Below the pieces are notes generated by a model. That model did not search any database. It was not told the origin of the DNA and saw only the letters and a list, made by a program, of their open reading frames with translations. A stretch of 64,000 bases of DNA, from the NCBI GenBank assembly GCA_964199315.1, contig OZ116706.1, positions 27,280,001 through 27,344,000 of the forward strand, in the 5' to 3' direction. Positions 1-13,100 of the stretch are shown here, one piece after another. The position numbers were made by a program, and so were the translations under genes. This stretch comes from Orbicella franksi (Eukaryota). How positions within the stretch are numbered: position 1 is the first letter of the stretch; the number at the start of each line of letters is the position of its first letter.

Positions 1-154
1 CACCTCCTGTAGGTGAACACCTTCCATAAGTGGACACATAAGTAATGGTCCCAGCCACATACAAACACTGCATTTTTGACCTCCCATAACCGGACACCTC
101 CCTTAAGCAACACTTTTTCTCGTTACGAGGGTGTGCTTATGGGATGTTTGACTG
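1..154. mobile_element. Right part of a Tc1/mariner-type MITE
   Basis: Ends GTTTGACTG|TA, the reverse complement of the TA|CAGTCAAAC terminus also seen at 56206. Confidence 0.6.
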
Positions 155-308
155 TATTTTGCCTTGTTTTAAACATCAGAGGGCTGACTAAAAATTTTAG
201 GAAACAATGAAGTACAGCAGCTATGTCCGATATGCTCACCTACAGACTTAATAAAAATGTTAGTAGAAATGTTGCCTTCATGTATCTCATGGATGTTTAT
301 TCTAACAG

Positions 309-3300
309 AAAGGAACAATAACCAAGAAGGACCGATGCCTATTCTTGTTTAATGATATGCTGGTTTGTGCAACTGTCAAGCGAAAGGCTAATGCTCTCAG
401 ACGAGGTTCACTAAGCATGTAAGTTGATACAGTATATAGATTTTATGTTGATTAAAGGTCATGCTATGTAGCAAATGAATCAAGGCAAAATTTGATGGTG
501 GAATATAAGCATCAGAAACAAACAGCATGAGATTGTAACTAGAGAATACAAAAATATGTCCATGTAGGAAGTGTGCCAGTGGAATTTTTGGTTGATGTTA
601 TTTGAGCTCTGTCCAACTAATTTCTCCATTGTTGGTTAGATTTTCTGGCTCTGGCACTGAATTCAACAAGTACAAACTACTCTGGAGACTACACCTTGAT
701 AGTGTGGAAGTGTACAAATGTGAGTATTTTCTTTTCCAGCTAACGTCTTGTATCTATGTTCTAGTGGTGTAGTGTCAGCCTAATATTTATTTTACTGGGT
801 GTAAGAATTTCAGCCTTGTGAAGCCCCTTTTTTCTTGACTAAAACACTTACATTTGAAACTCTCCCAAAAATGTTTTCCATTCAGAGGAAATATATACAG
901 ACAAGAAATGTTGGCACAATTTTAATTTTTCCCATTTTAGTTTGGAAGAATCTGTGTCCTGTGCGGATTAATTAGTGTGCGTATGGTTTATATTGTGGGA
1001 GGCGCGGTGGCCTTAAGCGGTCTGCGTTTGAGCCATTGTGTTATGTCCTTTACTTAACTATCACATTGCCTCTCTACACTCAAGTGTATAAATGGGTATG
1101 GGCAAATTTAATGCTGTGGGTAACCCTGTGATGGACTAGCATCCAATCCAGGGGAGGGGGGTGGGATAGAAATACTCCTAGTCACTTCATGCCACTGAAA
1201 CTGGGATAAGCACCGGCCTGACGGGCCACTTACCTCGTATATATGTATACAGACTTTACCTTACCTTATATAGTTTATATATTATTATTCAAACTCTGTT
1301 GATTTTAATTTACTGCCTTGTTACTTTTGCATAGCATCTCCTGAAGCCCAGAGACGGAATAGTCTAGAGAAGCAGTTGGAGAGACTTGACAATGACATGT
1401 CTTTACTGAGCAAGATCAGTATCTTGGCTGACACCTTAGCAATTTCACATATGGTAAATATTGGACTTTTGAAGATCATTGCTTTTATCTGATTTTAAAA
1501 TAAGATTCTGTAAAATCAATTTTAGTAAAAAAAAGACTATTATAAGACTATTACAAATTACAAGGACCTGTAGAGTATTTTTATGTTGTTGTGAGGGGTT
1601 CAAACTGTTTTTATTTTGCCTTTCAGGCCCTAGATGGAGCTATTCGAGAACTGATGAATGAAGTCAATCGGCAGATTTCTGAGAAGCAAATCCCATTACA
1701 GCCTCCTACCTCCACCAAGTTAGAGCTGCATGTTACTCAGTCAGAGTAAGTAGGACAGAAAATATGTCTTTGATTTCTTGCTAAATCATATTATAATCAT
1801 GTTTCAACAGCCTCATGGGTTTCATTAACATTTTCAGAAGGAGGGCAAGTGGTTTTCACAGGCGGCTAGACTTTTTGAACTGAACGCCTTTATAACAAAA
1901 ACTTTCCTATGGTTGGTCAAACCAGGTGGGAAAAATAATCCTCTTAGCTGGTCAATTTTCCTGGTGCTGGGCCCTCAATGAAACCCCTGCAGCATGCATA
2001 GCAAGTGCTCACAACAGATATCTCAACTCCTCAATAGATCCCTCCCCATTTTGTACTTAGAAATTCCAAATCCTTTTATACCGGGTGTATTTCTTAGGAT
2101 ATGTATCTTGTTCTCTTCTGTGAATGTAGGTAACTCAACATACATTGTCTCTGTTTATAGGGAAGATGGCCCTGAAGAAAAAGATTTTCAGTTTTTGTTC
2201 TTGGAAACAGAAATTAAGAATTCCTGGGAAGCATACTTTGAAGATGCAAAACAAAAGCTTGGTAAGAATTGAATTTTGAGAAATTTGTTATCAATTGACT
2301 TACAATTTTTCTTTTTTGCTATTTAAACTTTGCTTTAATTCTTTTTTTTTTAGCCTATGCCAAAGACATATTTCCTCCTGAGTTTCAGTATTGTATTCCT
2401 ATTAACAAGACAAGAAGTGGAATGCAGGTAACCATTGATATTCCCCATAGTATAAAAGGCCTTATGTATGATTATGTCACATGCTCATAATTCATCACCG
2501 AGCTTCGTTTGCAAGAAATTTTCTCAAGCCTCTTGCACCTTTGTGTTGTTTTCACAGGGGTGTTCTTTTCCTCTTTGCTGCTTTGGGAATTTGTCCTTGA
2601 TAAAATTTGCAATTTGCAGTTTCAAACCAAGGCTTGGTGGTGAAATTTGCGTCTTAGATCACATCATGCATAAGGGTTATTTGGTTTTCTTTTGAAATAT
2701 ATTTTTTTGTGGTTTGCTGAATGTTTACCTTTAAAGTCTTTCTTGTTATTGTTTCTGAATTTTTTGGTTTGTTTGCTGTTGTTTTAGTTCACTTGTGCCT
2801 CACCCTGCCAAGTACCACACATGCTTGACAGAGGAAATCATTGCGGGTCAGGAGACGTTTGGGTTTGTAACAGTGATGGTTACGTTGGACAAGTGTGTAT
2901 TCTCAGAATGGGAGCTCAGATTCAGGTGAGAGTTGAATTTTTTTCTGGTCTTAGTAAACAAGCAGCTTTCTTTACTCCCTCAATCCACCCCTAGTTCGTC
3001 AGGTACTGGGTAAAATGTTTGGTGGTGGCCTCATTGATCTTGTCAGATTGACCCCAGGCTGCAATGGATCTGGAAAATTCGCAGTTAATTGGTGCAATTA
3101 CTTTTGTGCAATCACTTTGGGGGTTAGTGGAAGGTTCTCTGAAATGTTGACAGAAAGATTGAAGGACAGATTCTAAATCTTACAGATGGGAGGGTAGGCG
3201 GGAGGAGTGGCGGGGGAGGTGACTATGACCCCTTAGCCCTTCCACGAACTCAACCTATCGTGGAACCATCGAAGATCTCACAGATACAAAACTTACTGCT

Positions 3301-6300
3301 TTCCCCAAGGCCACTTATTAAATACTTATTTGTTCACAGTTAAAATTACGTTATTATCCTTTCATAAATGTTATGTTTTTAGGGAACATTAATTCATTAG
3401 TAAAAGGGCTGTGCTAGATTTCTGAGTAGAAAGGTTATCAAGAACTATCTTTCACCATTAAATTCAGAGGGTAATTTTACATTGAATTCTTGCAAAGTCT
3501 CCCAGCGCATGGTTGCAAGGGTATTGTAGATGAAGTTTCATTCATGTAGTAATCTTAAACTAATTCTAAGCTTACCAATTTCGTTTTGTTCTTTTTTTTT
3601 TTCAGCCGTTTGGTTCCATAACAGTGTGTATGTCTCGAATCCTCTGCATTTCACCTGTTCCTGGAACGAAATTCAGCGGTTTGGAAGCACTCCAGTCCGA
3701 AAACGAAACCAAATCCGACACTCAGTCCATCTCTCTGGGAAGTGAGAAGAGCAGTAAAGGAAACACAACGCCCAAAATTTCACGTTCAGGTTATGCCAGC
3801 GACGAAGATGTCACCGGTCCACAAAACATCATGGCGTTTGATAGCAGTTCCGAAGACGAGGAGGGACTGGGTCAAGAGAGTTTTCTTGGCGGGAAATTCA
3901 CCGACGGAAGCTCGCCGTTCGACGTCGACGGCCGACTCAGTCCCGAAGGCAGTAGTTTGGGAACTACGGGAAGTGCCGACGGCTTGGACAGTAGTCAAGA
4001 CGAAAATGTGTTTGAGTTCGAGGAAAATGACTCCAGTTGTGACGAGATGAAAGCTAAAGGATCCCGTAAACACTCGAAGCGGAGAATGGGGTCTTCTCCC
4101 AGAGCCAGCCAAGATCTCAAAGACAGCCTGTCGGATATTGTGAATTTTGACACCGATGAACCTTGTACTGTCTGGCTGGGAACAGAGGACGGATGGTATG
4201 TTCTTGTCTTCTTAACTAGACTTTTTGCGTGACATTAACGTGCGTGATGGATGGATTCACGCGTGTCACGCAACCAGCGTTTATATGGTTAGATTTCTCC
4301 TCGTCTTGGACAATCAGAAACAATGTATAGGTCCAATCATATTAACTAGTCAAGTGTTGATAAAATATTAATTTCCATTTTTAATTCGACTAAACTTTTG
4401 CATTTTGCTTTTTCAGTATTTTCGTGTATCCAGCAAAGGAAGCGCAAAACAAGAAATCAAAGTTAAAGCTTCAGCATTCTGGATCCATCCAGTGTATATT
4501 GTAAGTATCGCCTGGTTTGCCAGTCAATAACCATACGCCATTGCGTTGTGTACATAGTTAATTTGTTGAATATCTGTTTCAGGTATGTTGATAATCAAGT
4601 CTTCATTTCACTATCAACGGGTCACTTGTACATTTACAGAAGACCGCCAGGTGAGACTTAAAGTATTTGACAATTTTTTTTTGTAACAGTTAGACCATGA
4701 TGTCTGAACAGTGACCACAGACGGAAATAACCCGATTTATAATTAATCAAATATTTTCGCTCATCAAAATGTTTTGTGGACTCGCTCGGCTGCGCCTCGT
4801 GAGTCCACAACATTTTGACTACTGTGATGACGCGTATCGTTGTCGATAAAAGTACAGACCACGCTAAACCACATTCGATTTGTCAAATCTGTTCCTCGAA
4901 GCTCACAGTTTTCTCCGAGCTACGTCCTCGGAAAACTGTTCGCTTCTCGAATGTCCGCGGACAAATATCCGTGCATATTTTCGCGTCAAATGACATTAAC
5001 GTGCGTGACATTGTTTATGTATAAACTGAAGTAAAAACTTGCCGCAGGTGCCAATCGCGCGAAAACTGTTAACGGTGCTAAGCGCGGGAAAACGTGAAAC
5101 AAGTACCAAGCGCGGGAAAATATTTACCGGGGTTCAACCGGTGGTAAGCGCGGCTGATGAAGCGCAGGAAAACTCGCTAACTCGTATTTAACTGATGCTA
5201 AGCGCTGGGAAATATGAACCCTGTTCCAAAGCGCGGGTAAACGCGTGTAAAACAAGTCATGATTGGCTGAACACAAGGTATGTGTGTCCTGATTGGGTGA
5301 AGAACACTTAATGAGTATGAATTTTTGTTGTTTTCCTGTGGCTTAGTTGTAAGACCATTTTGTACCGAACACTGGTAGAATCATCTAAATTTGCGCCACC
5401 TAGGCGTTTCATTTGCAGTTTGCGCAGGTTTTAAAACAAGCTTCAACCAGTCTGCCACCCAGCTGGATGGTTGTACCATGTGACCAAACCAATGTAGTGC
5501 AATGCATACTTTAACCTGCACTGACGCATTTCATTTTGTAATCAGGTTGCGCCTGGGAAATAGGCAATCCCGTAATGCTTCACATCGGAGAGTCGGCAGC
5601 AGTCTCCTGCATGACAGCTATTCACGGTCGATTGTGGTGTGGCCTGGGCTGTAATGCTGTCATCGTCAACACAACTACTTTAGCAGTCGAGGTGAGACTG
5701 TCATTTCAAAGTTTTCTGTATTGTTTGAAAAGCGATGGTTAATTCTGAAGGGAAGGTGAAGCTGATTTTGTAATGCGCATATTTTTTCTTTTCTCTCAGA
5801 CGTCGTTCAGCTGTAGTTTGGACAAAGACCATGCTGTGTACCGCATGGCTAGTTCTGGAATGGGAGTGTGGGTTACGCTGCAGAGCTCTTCTGCGGTGAG
5901 ATTGTTTCACGCTACGCGGTACGAGTGCTTGGCAGATGTTGACGTGGCCCCACCCGTGCACAAAATGCTTCAAGGTAAGACTGCTGGCTTATTTTGTAGG
6001 TATGCAATGCGTCCAGAGTATTTGCGACGCGTGCACCGTTGAATCTTTGATAAAGGTAATATTGTGTTGTTCCAGATTGTTCTTCAAAATGTTATCCCTA
6101 ATTTAACCGTGCTTTAGGGGAAGAGAGGTAACTGTAAATGAAATACCGACATATGTAGTTCTAAAGCTTGTGTATGTTGTTCTTGTTAGGTTCTGATGCG
6201 ATCATCCGTCAACACAAAGCAGCCTGTCTGCGCGTCACAGCTCTGCTTGCTTGCAAGGACCTCCTCTGGATTGGCACTAGCGCAGGCGTAGTTTTAACAT

Positions 6301-6650
6301 TACCGCTGCCAACAATCACCGCCAGCACTGCTTCTCTTCGTAACTGCCCCTCGGCAACAGCCTCCTTTCACGGGCATACGGGACATGTGCGTTTTCTCAC
6401 TGCTGTCGAGGTCCCAAGAGAAGGAACACAAGACCACACCAACGATAAAGGGTCCAGCACCACAATAAGCACCACTCTAAGTACGTCCCCTTCGACTCCG
6501 AATGCACCTCATACGCCGGGCTCTTCCGCGGCAAGGGACGTATTGATCATCAGCGGCGGAGATGGCTACGAGGACTTCAGAGCAAGCTCCGCCAGCGAAT
6601 CCGCTGGACGAGATGACAGCACTAATCATCTCCTTATTTGGCGTGTATGA
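309..6650 (+). CDS. ARHGEF17: Rho guanine nucleotide exchange factor 17-like, 3' part (end of PH region plus C-terminal beta-propeller); 5' exons lie outside the window
   Basis: 13 GT-AG exons join in frame: 309-418, 640-719, 1335-1453, 1627-1745, 2161-2261, 2354-2427, 2788-2925, 3606-4195, 4417-4500, 4583-4650, 5546-5691, 5800-5974, 6190-6650 (TGA). Peptides KKDRCLFLFND, KYKLLWRL, IPINKTRSGMQF, VWVCNSDGYVGQVC, VWLGTEDGC, GSDAIIRQHKAACLRVTALL and GRDDSTNHLLIWRV match ARHGEF17 as I recall it. Confidence 0.93.
995..1270 (+). mobile_element. tRNA-derived SINE with a CORE/Meta-like central domain, internally deleted copy
   Basis: Aligns by eye with the copies at 50065-50350 and 59249-59547; possible TSD GTTTATAT at 986-993 and 1273-1280. 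Confidence 0.75.
4764..4818. repeat. Palindromic hairpin inside an interspersed repeat
   Basis: TCAAAATGTT(TT)GTGGACTC pairs with GAGTCCACAACATTTTGA around an inner GGCTGCGCC mini-hairpin. Confidence 0.7.
5057..5241 (+). repeat. Degenerate array of the AAGCGCGGGAAA motif
   Basis: About 7 copies at irregular spacing (5057, 5081, 5108, 5146, 5161, 5201, 5229). Confidence 0.75.
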
Positions 6651-6698
6651 TACTTGAAGCGGAAACAGTCATGCTAAAATCCTTTCGCCTGACAGGAT

Positions 6699-6775
6699 GT
6701 TGCCTAGCAACGTGACGTATCCAGAGAACTATAAGCAACAGACGCATGACTTTCGGATTCCTCGTGATTGGCCAA
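6699..6775 (+). promoter_or_regulatory. RFX X-box, CRE half-site and inverted CCAAT cluster in the ARHGEF17 3' UTR
   Basis: GTTGCCTAGCAAC 6699-6711, TGACGT 6713-6718, AGCAACAGACGCATGA 6734-6749, GATTGGCCAA 6766-6775. Confidence 0.5.
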
Positions 6776-7373
6776 TTAGAAACGGAGCACTTCGGATTCT
6801 CCACAAGTATTTGCCGAAAGTGGCGTCGCATCCGACCCAGTATGTCGATGGAACAAGACCCGAATTCTAAGTTGTAACAATTGACTCTCCAAACGATTAA
6901 GTAATAATTAAGAGTTAATTGTAAGAAGTTGTAATCAATAGAAAGCAAATAGTTTGTCCACTTTTTAGGAGATTTATCATATTCAAATGCGTTAGATTTT
7001 TCACGTTGTGGCTTAATCTTGAGTTAATGTCGGGTCAACATGTTCCCTTGAAAAATAGGAGTTATTATAACGAAGGAAGACAGAAGAGTAAAGTTCGGTT
7101 CATTCTCCAAAAAGGTGACTTGCATAAGCATTTGAAGTAAATATTAGAACGTGGAAAAAGAGAGGTATTTTTTAAAGTCAGTTAATATTTTTGTGAAATT
7201 GTACATAGCTCATGATTGACCAAGTGGTGTTTGTTGGACAAAAACAAAAAAGTCAAACGTTCGGATAGAGTAGAACCACAGTAGTTTTATTAAAAGCTGA
7301 TCATGTACATGCAAATTTGAGCTTATTTTCCTAACAGGAAAAAAATATGTAGAGGTATTTAGACACCGCTGTA

Positions 7374-7379
7374 AATAAA
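7374..7379 (+). terminator. Candidate polyadenylation signal of ARHGEF17
   Basis: AATAAA about 720 nt after the stop codon, at the end of an AT-rich 3' UTR-like tract. Confidence 0.45.
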
Positions 7380-8577
7380 GATCTTAGAGCAAAAGGAGCG
7401 ACTTAAGTTGTGTGAATGATTAAAATTATTTTTAGCTTACAAAGGTTTGCTATACTACTGACTGTCTAGAACCTAAAGCCAGACGAAATCGTAAATTATT
7501 GACGTTGACCCAATCTATCTCGTACTCAGGCCATTTTCTAGTGGCCTTTTGCCTCTGTGTCATAACGAGTATTCACGCGAAATAATTCGTATGAAAATGT
7601 GTTTTCCCCCCACGTTCATCTTCGTGCTAATCATTTAACATGAACAGTTTTGCACGAAGTCTCGCTTTAAAACAACAGCTCGGAATTCATTGGTCTATCC
7701 CCTTGCGCCTCCCCTTTCGACATTCACGTGACAGAACATGACGCGCGTGTCGTTGAACGCACGGTTGCGGTGTATTAATTGCTAGCAACACGGCAAACAG
7801 TATGTTTTTCCATTTTGACCATGATTATGTCCTCAAAGTGGTATTCTTAAGGAAAGAAAACTCAATGGCACCCTATGGGGCCGTGCCAATCTTGAAGCTC
7901 GTAATGATAGGCTCACTTTCCGTCGCTCTCTCCCGTCCCGTCCCCGAAGGTCTCCCCGAGAAGCACGGGCTCCTTTCCCTAGCAGCGGCCGTTTGTAGCT
8001 GCAGTTTATGCTTTCATCTTTTACAGTTTACTTCTTGTTTTCACAATAAAATTAAGTATCTCGAGCTCGTTGCAGTCTTTCTTTTTATGTTCCTTAAAAA
8101 TGAACTCGAGCGCGTTTCTTGAATTTTTCTCGAGCTGATCTATCCAGCCTTCCTCTTAATGACTTGTGTCAATTTACCTCCAAACGCTAGAAACTTACAA
8201 TATGTTTAGAGTAAAAAGTAACAAAACCGTGAATTTTTTACTCATCACAAAGAACGTCGAACGACATGACGTCCAACGCCAGAAACCAGTGAGCAGTTTG
8301 TTTCGTCACGCCACGCGTGTCTGCACTCAGGCAAAACGCCATGCATGCGTTATCTTTGTGTTATTGTTGAGCGACCTCCTGTTGCTCATATTTTTGCTTG
8401 GTACGCTAAATATTGTTAGTCTTTTATGCTAGGTTTAATCTGTATTTCATGGTGGAGATGCAGAAGACGAGCGAGAATATTCTCGATATATGCGTAGCGC
8501 GACGTAAAAGTTTCGAAAAGGTCATTTAATTGAATTTCATGTCACGCAATCTTGTGTGAGGCCATAGAGTAAAACCC

Positions 8578-8725
8578 ACAGGGGAAACGCAAAAAAGATG
8601 GAGACCCCAGCACACCTGGAGGCGCACAAGAACGATATAGTTGTAAGAGAGACGGCTCTAGTGGCGGGACGTGAAACAGACTGCTCAAAACAGGGTTAGG
8701 TGGCGGGCGCTAGTGGACAACCTGA
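8578..8725 (+). mobile_element. 3' fragment of a non-LTR retrotransposon, RTE-like
   Basis: Decayed GKRK..G.P..TWRR followed by KQTAQNRVRWRALV, the typical C-terminus of RTE-clade reverse transcriptase ORFs. Confidence 0.65.
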
Positions 8726-10110
8726 AGCAGATTGATGAATCTTGTGTGACAAGCCAACCAATAAAGTGTGGTAAACAAACAAGCCAACAAACAACAAACA
8801 TCAACATTAAAAGCTCCTTTAATGAGCAATATGATATGCATTCAAGTAAACAAGAACGACCAATCTACCATAAATACTATCATCAGTGCGGTCTAAACTC
8901 AGGCTACTCCTACACTGCCAGCAGTCGGATGCAATTAAGAGACAAGTGGCGTCATTATTTTAACAATTATTGTTAGATTAACAACGGATCAATGAAGCGA
9001 TCTATAAAGGCTCCAAAACCAAATCCAACAAGTAGCATTTTGCCTTCAGCATTAAGACCTTTTCCTAAACATACACTGAAGTTTTCAACTCTGCATTTCA
9101 CAAAAATGTTATCTTCCGTATGAAAATGTGCTCAATCTCTTACTTTCAAAAGCCATATCTTGATCAAGTCCTGCATGTAAAAGAACCAAACCTTTAAAAA
9201 CTTGATTGCTGGATAAACTTGATTATCAAATTCAATGCGAGTATTCACAAATCACTTCTGTAAAAGAAGTTTGTCTACGGAAGCTTCTGACCACGTGCAA
9301 ACCGCGTGACAACCATATAAGACCCACGTGACTTTACCTTAAGACCCGCGTGACCTCTCTAAATTATCGTATGTACAAATCTACTGCAATAAATTACGCC
9401 CTACATGAACTCGCCTCTAACACAATACTACAAACCACAAGACGAACATGCACTGGTTTTGTAAGGTATACTATTTAATTCATAATTTCACACGTGTTTC
9501 TCTTTCACTCAGAAGGGAAGATTCCAAGTAGCCAACGGATTCTGAAATAGTCTGTTAACAGGCGCCTATTTTTTCTTGCGAGTTACTTTCTTTTTTGAGC
9601 GCGAACGCGCGAGAACGGCCGCGAAGAGGGCGCAAATTTTGTCATTCCCCTGGGCCACCCCCTTGAATTCGGGCTTTTTTTAAAAATTACCTGCGGCTAA
9701 TACTTCTGCTAAATGCGATCTTCACGAACTCAAGACAAAATAGAGTGTCTGGGACAGACTAAATGTGAAATAGAGACGGTAAATTAGAATAAATACTTCA
9801 CGTCCGATCAGAATTTTTTTACGGCACTGAATATCGGTTAGATCCGGGAAGAGATTCTCCTTTGGAAACCGTGTGAAATTACGACTGCCGGCTATTACTA
9901 TACTCTGAAGCATTTCTTGAAAGCTATTAACTCGAAAACAGGTCAACGAACGAAATTTCTCCAATGTGGAAGCCAATTAACAATATATGCTTGAATAGTG
10001 GACGGAAAACAGACAGGCAAATAAATTAAATCTATATTTTGACTATGTCGATTTTTACTCAGTACTTTATGCCAAGCTCTCTTAACAGAAGACGACTGCA
10101 TCCGTGAGAA

Positions 10111-13100
10111 CTAAACGTTTGTATGTTCGTTGAACACAGGGGGAATTCCTTCACGATCGCGGTCCTATGAAGAAACAAAGACCAAACTTCAATTTCTCCT
10201 TACGGAATCACGTGATCAAGCAAACAGAGATAAGAATAAGGAAAACCATCAACTAGGGTATCGTCCTGATGGGGCTCTTAATTCTCTAAACTGACACTGA
10301 AGGAAAATTATGAAAATCAGTAAGAGGAATTGAAATTTTGAGAAAAGAAAAAAAAAATACTTACATGCATCCTGGCAGAGCCAGCAGAGGCCTGGGAAGC
10401 TCGTGACGGGGATCCGCGGCTGGATTTAGCCGTGGCAGCCCGGGAACCACTGGGGCTGCCCTCGCGGTTCATGGATGCCTCGCTGTCCCAGCGCTCCAAC
10501 TCCTCTCGCACCAGTCTTTCCATCTGATCTCGTTTCAGATCCCGCTCGCTGCGCTCACTTCGGTCACTCTGAGGAGGGAAAAAAGAAAGTCTTACATCAC
10601 CCGGAAAAAACCGTGGCGTGAAAATGCGTTACGTTTCGTGACTGTTATTCTTGCTGTCTACTTACATCAGCGATGGAGTCGAGCAGTCTAGCCATAGTCT
10701 CGCGTCGTTTCAGCTTGGCCTTCTCCATGGCCTCAAGTTTGACAAGGACCGCGTCAATCTTGGACACAATGCTACCGATGGAGTGTTCCATGCGATCCAC
10801 GCGGCGGCTGAGACTAAAACACAAACCACAGATAACATGATGAAGGTTCTGTTTTACTTTTATTAAGTGAAAAGTTCCTTAAATTTGTTACTGCAAGGTG
10901 TCTAAGATACGTGCCCCAGTTGATCTCTTTGCAAATGCTCTTAGCTTTTCACGTAAGAGGTGCCACTTCATGTAATTTGTGGCTGCATGAAGTTTAGCCT
11001 TGTTGGTCAGAGACGTCTTTGATTTCCAATGAAACTCTGATTACGCCCAAGGTTGAGCTTGAAAGGGAGAGGTGGTGTAGTTTAACTTCAATAAATGGTT
11101 TTATTTTAAAAAATGTAGTGGTATGTACTGTGTGGTTACAAATCGATAACAACGCTACGCCACAAATGAAGATATCATTTTTATCCAAACGTGTGATGTC
11201 ATTATTGATATCATTTTTTGACCCTTGAACTGTACTTAAATCTGTTGGCGTATGATCGAAACATCTTCGGATCTTGCTCGGAAGTCTTCGGTAATCTTCG
11301 GCCACCTTCGAAAAATCGTCGGTAATCTTCGGAAAAGTTGGGGAATAGTTCGTAAATATTCGCGTAGCCTTTGGACAACTTAACGAAAGCGGCCACGTAC
11401 TATCGCCTACAACTTACACGTTGAATTCTTCATACGAGACTCCTCCCCCACCAGCATTGGATCGAGCCATAGCTGAGCCGGCTCGCGCACTCAGTCCGCC
11501 GGTGGAACCCTCGTCATCGTCACTATCATCACTGCTAACATTGCTGGCGCTCTTGGGACGTCCACTCTTTGTTTCTTTGGCTCGTTCCATCTCCTCGATT
11601 TCGTCGTTCAGTTCAGCCTACATGATGCAAGCATAAGATGATAGCGAGTTCGAATGTGGAAGATCAGCGCTACTATTTTTACTTGAAATTCTAACAAATG
11701 CTCAACTGCACAACTGAATAATTATTTCTATGTCTGACAGTTTTAAAAATCTTGCAAGACAGTATCAAAGGATGACACTCAAAACAACAGCCAAGTGCTC
11801 GAATTTAGCCCAAGATTGATTAGAAATCTGACCTTCTGTCCTTCCAGATCTTCTTGCATCTTTCTCTGTTCTTCCTCGTCCAAGATTCTGTCGCCATCTA
11901 AGTCGTACTTGGCAAAGACCGCTTCGATTTCTGCATCAGCATGGCCACGGCTAAACAAAAACGACACAACCGTATGAGTCGTACAACACTTCCTGTCTAC
12001 AGATAAATTCTCTTAACTGGTCGCGATAAGTTTCTTACAATACAAGCCGGGAGAATTTATCAAAAGATCAAGGAAATTTCTTTTAACTGAGCAAGCTCTT
12101 GTTTCTCGGGACTTACACGCTGGTATTGCCAGTTTGAGGATGAAGTTTAATCACAGAGACCCTTGCCACACCCATTCGCGAATCGTCTTTGGCCTCCACT
12201 CACGCGGCGATGATCGCTCAAATTTTGTAACAAAATGTTTAATTCTAATACCGCATTTGATACATATAGCTTCGATCACGCCGGGGATAATAATTTATTA
12301 GACCGCATACAGATGCGAAAACAGTCACTTAGCAGCATAAAATTCAGAAATTTAACCCAACCTTTAACAATTTTCCACTCTTACTTTGCGCACAAAAAAA
12401 ATTCTAAACCGACTCACCGGCTCAAAGTTGAACCACTATTTGTTTTGTTTAGAAATTCACACCGAGCAACACGCAGGTAAAAAGTTTTAAAGTCGAGCAC
12501 CGTTGCATCAGCTGCACCACATGTTTTGCTTCATTTGCAGAGGGTTTCAATGGAATTTTCTCGAGCCATCACACCGAATAAAAGTAACAGGTCTATCCAC
12601 AAACCTTAACGTAAAATACAACTGTAAAAATTGAGGAATTTTAAAAGGATTTCAATCGAATCGGGATGCGAAAAGTTTGCATTGTCGTATAGAAATCGAC
12701 AGAAAGATCAGTCGCTTGTTGAATGGAATTTCAGGTCTCGTCCACACGTGTCCGGATATTTTTGAATCCGCAACTTTTTCTTTCCGGAACGGCTTCCGTC
12801 CCCACGCATCCGGCGAATTCAGTCGGCAGCAAATCCGGATATTTTTCCCCCGTGTGAACGGGGAAATTTTTGAATCCGGAAAGAAAAAGTTGCGGATTCA
12901 AAAATATCCGGACACGTGTGGACGGGGCCTCAAATTGTTACTGTGTATTTTTATCGTCCAGAATTAAGTGGAAGGAACAGTTAAGGGTTGCACGCGTATC
13001 AGTTAACTGAATTTAACATATCACTGATAAACTTAAATAGGTATTCGTGATACGGGTGGTAAAACCTGCGAAGGTTGCTACGAAAATAACCCACGTATAT

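Noticed and set aside
10208-10215. Perfect CLEAR core TCACGTGA in the last PKD2 intron
   Set aside because: A single 8-mer far from any start site is expected by chance in 64 kb.
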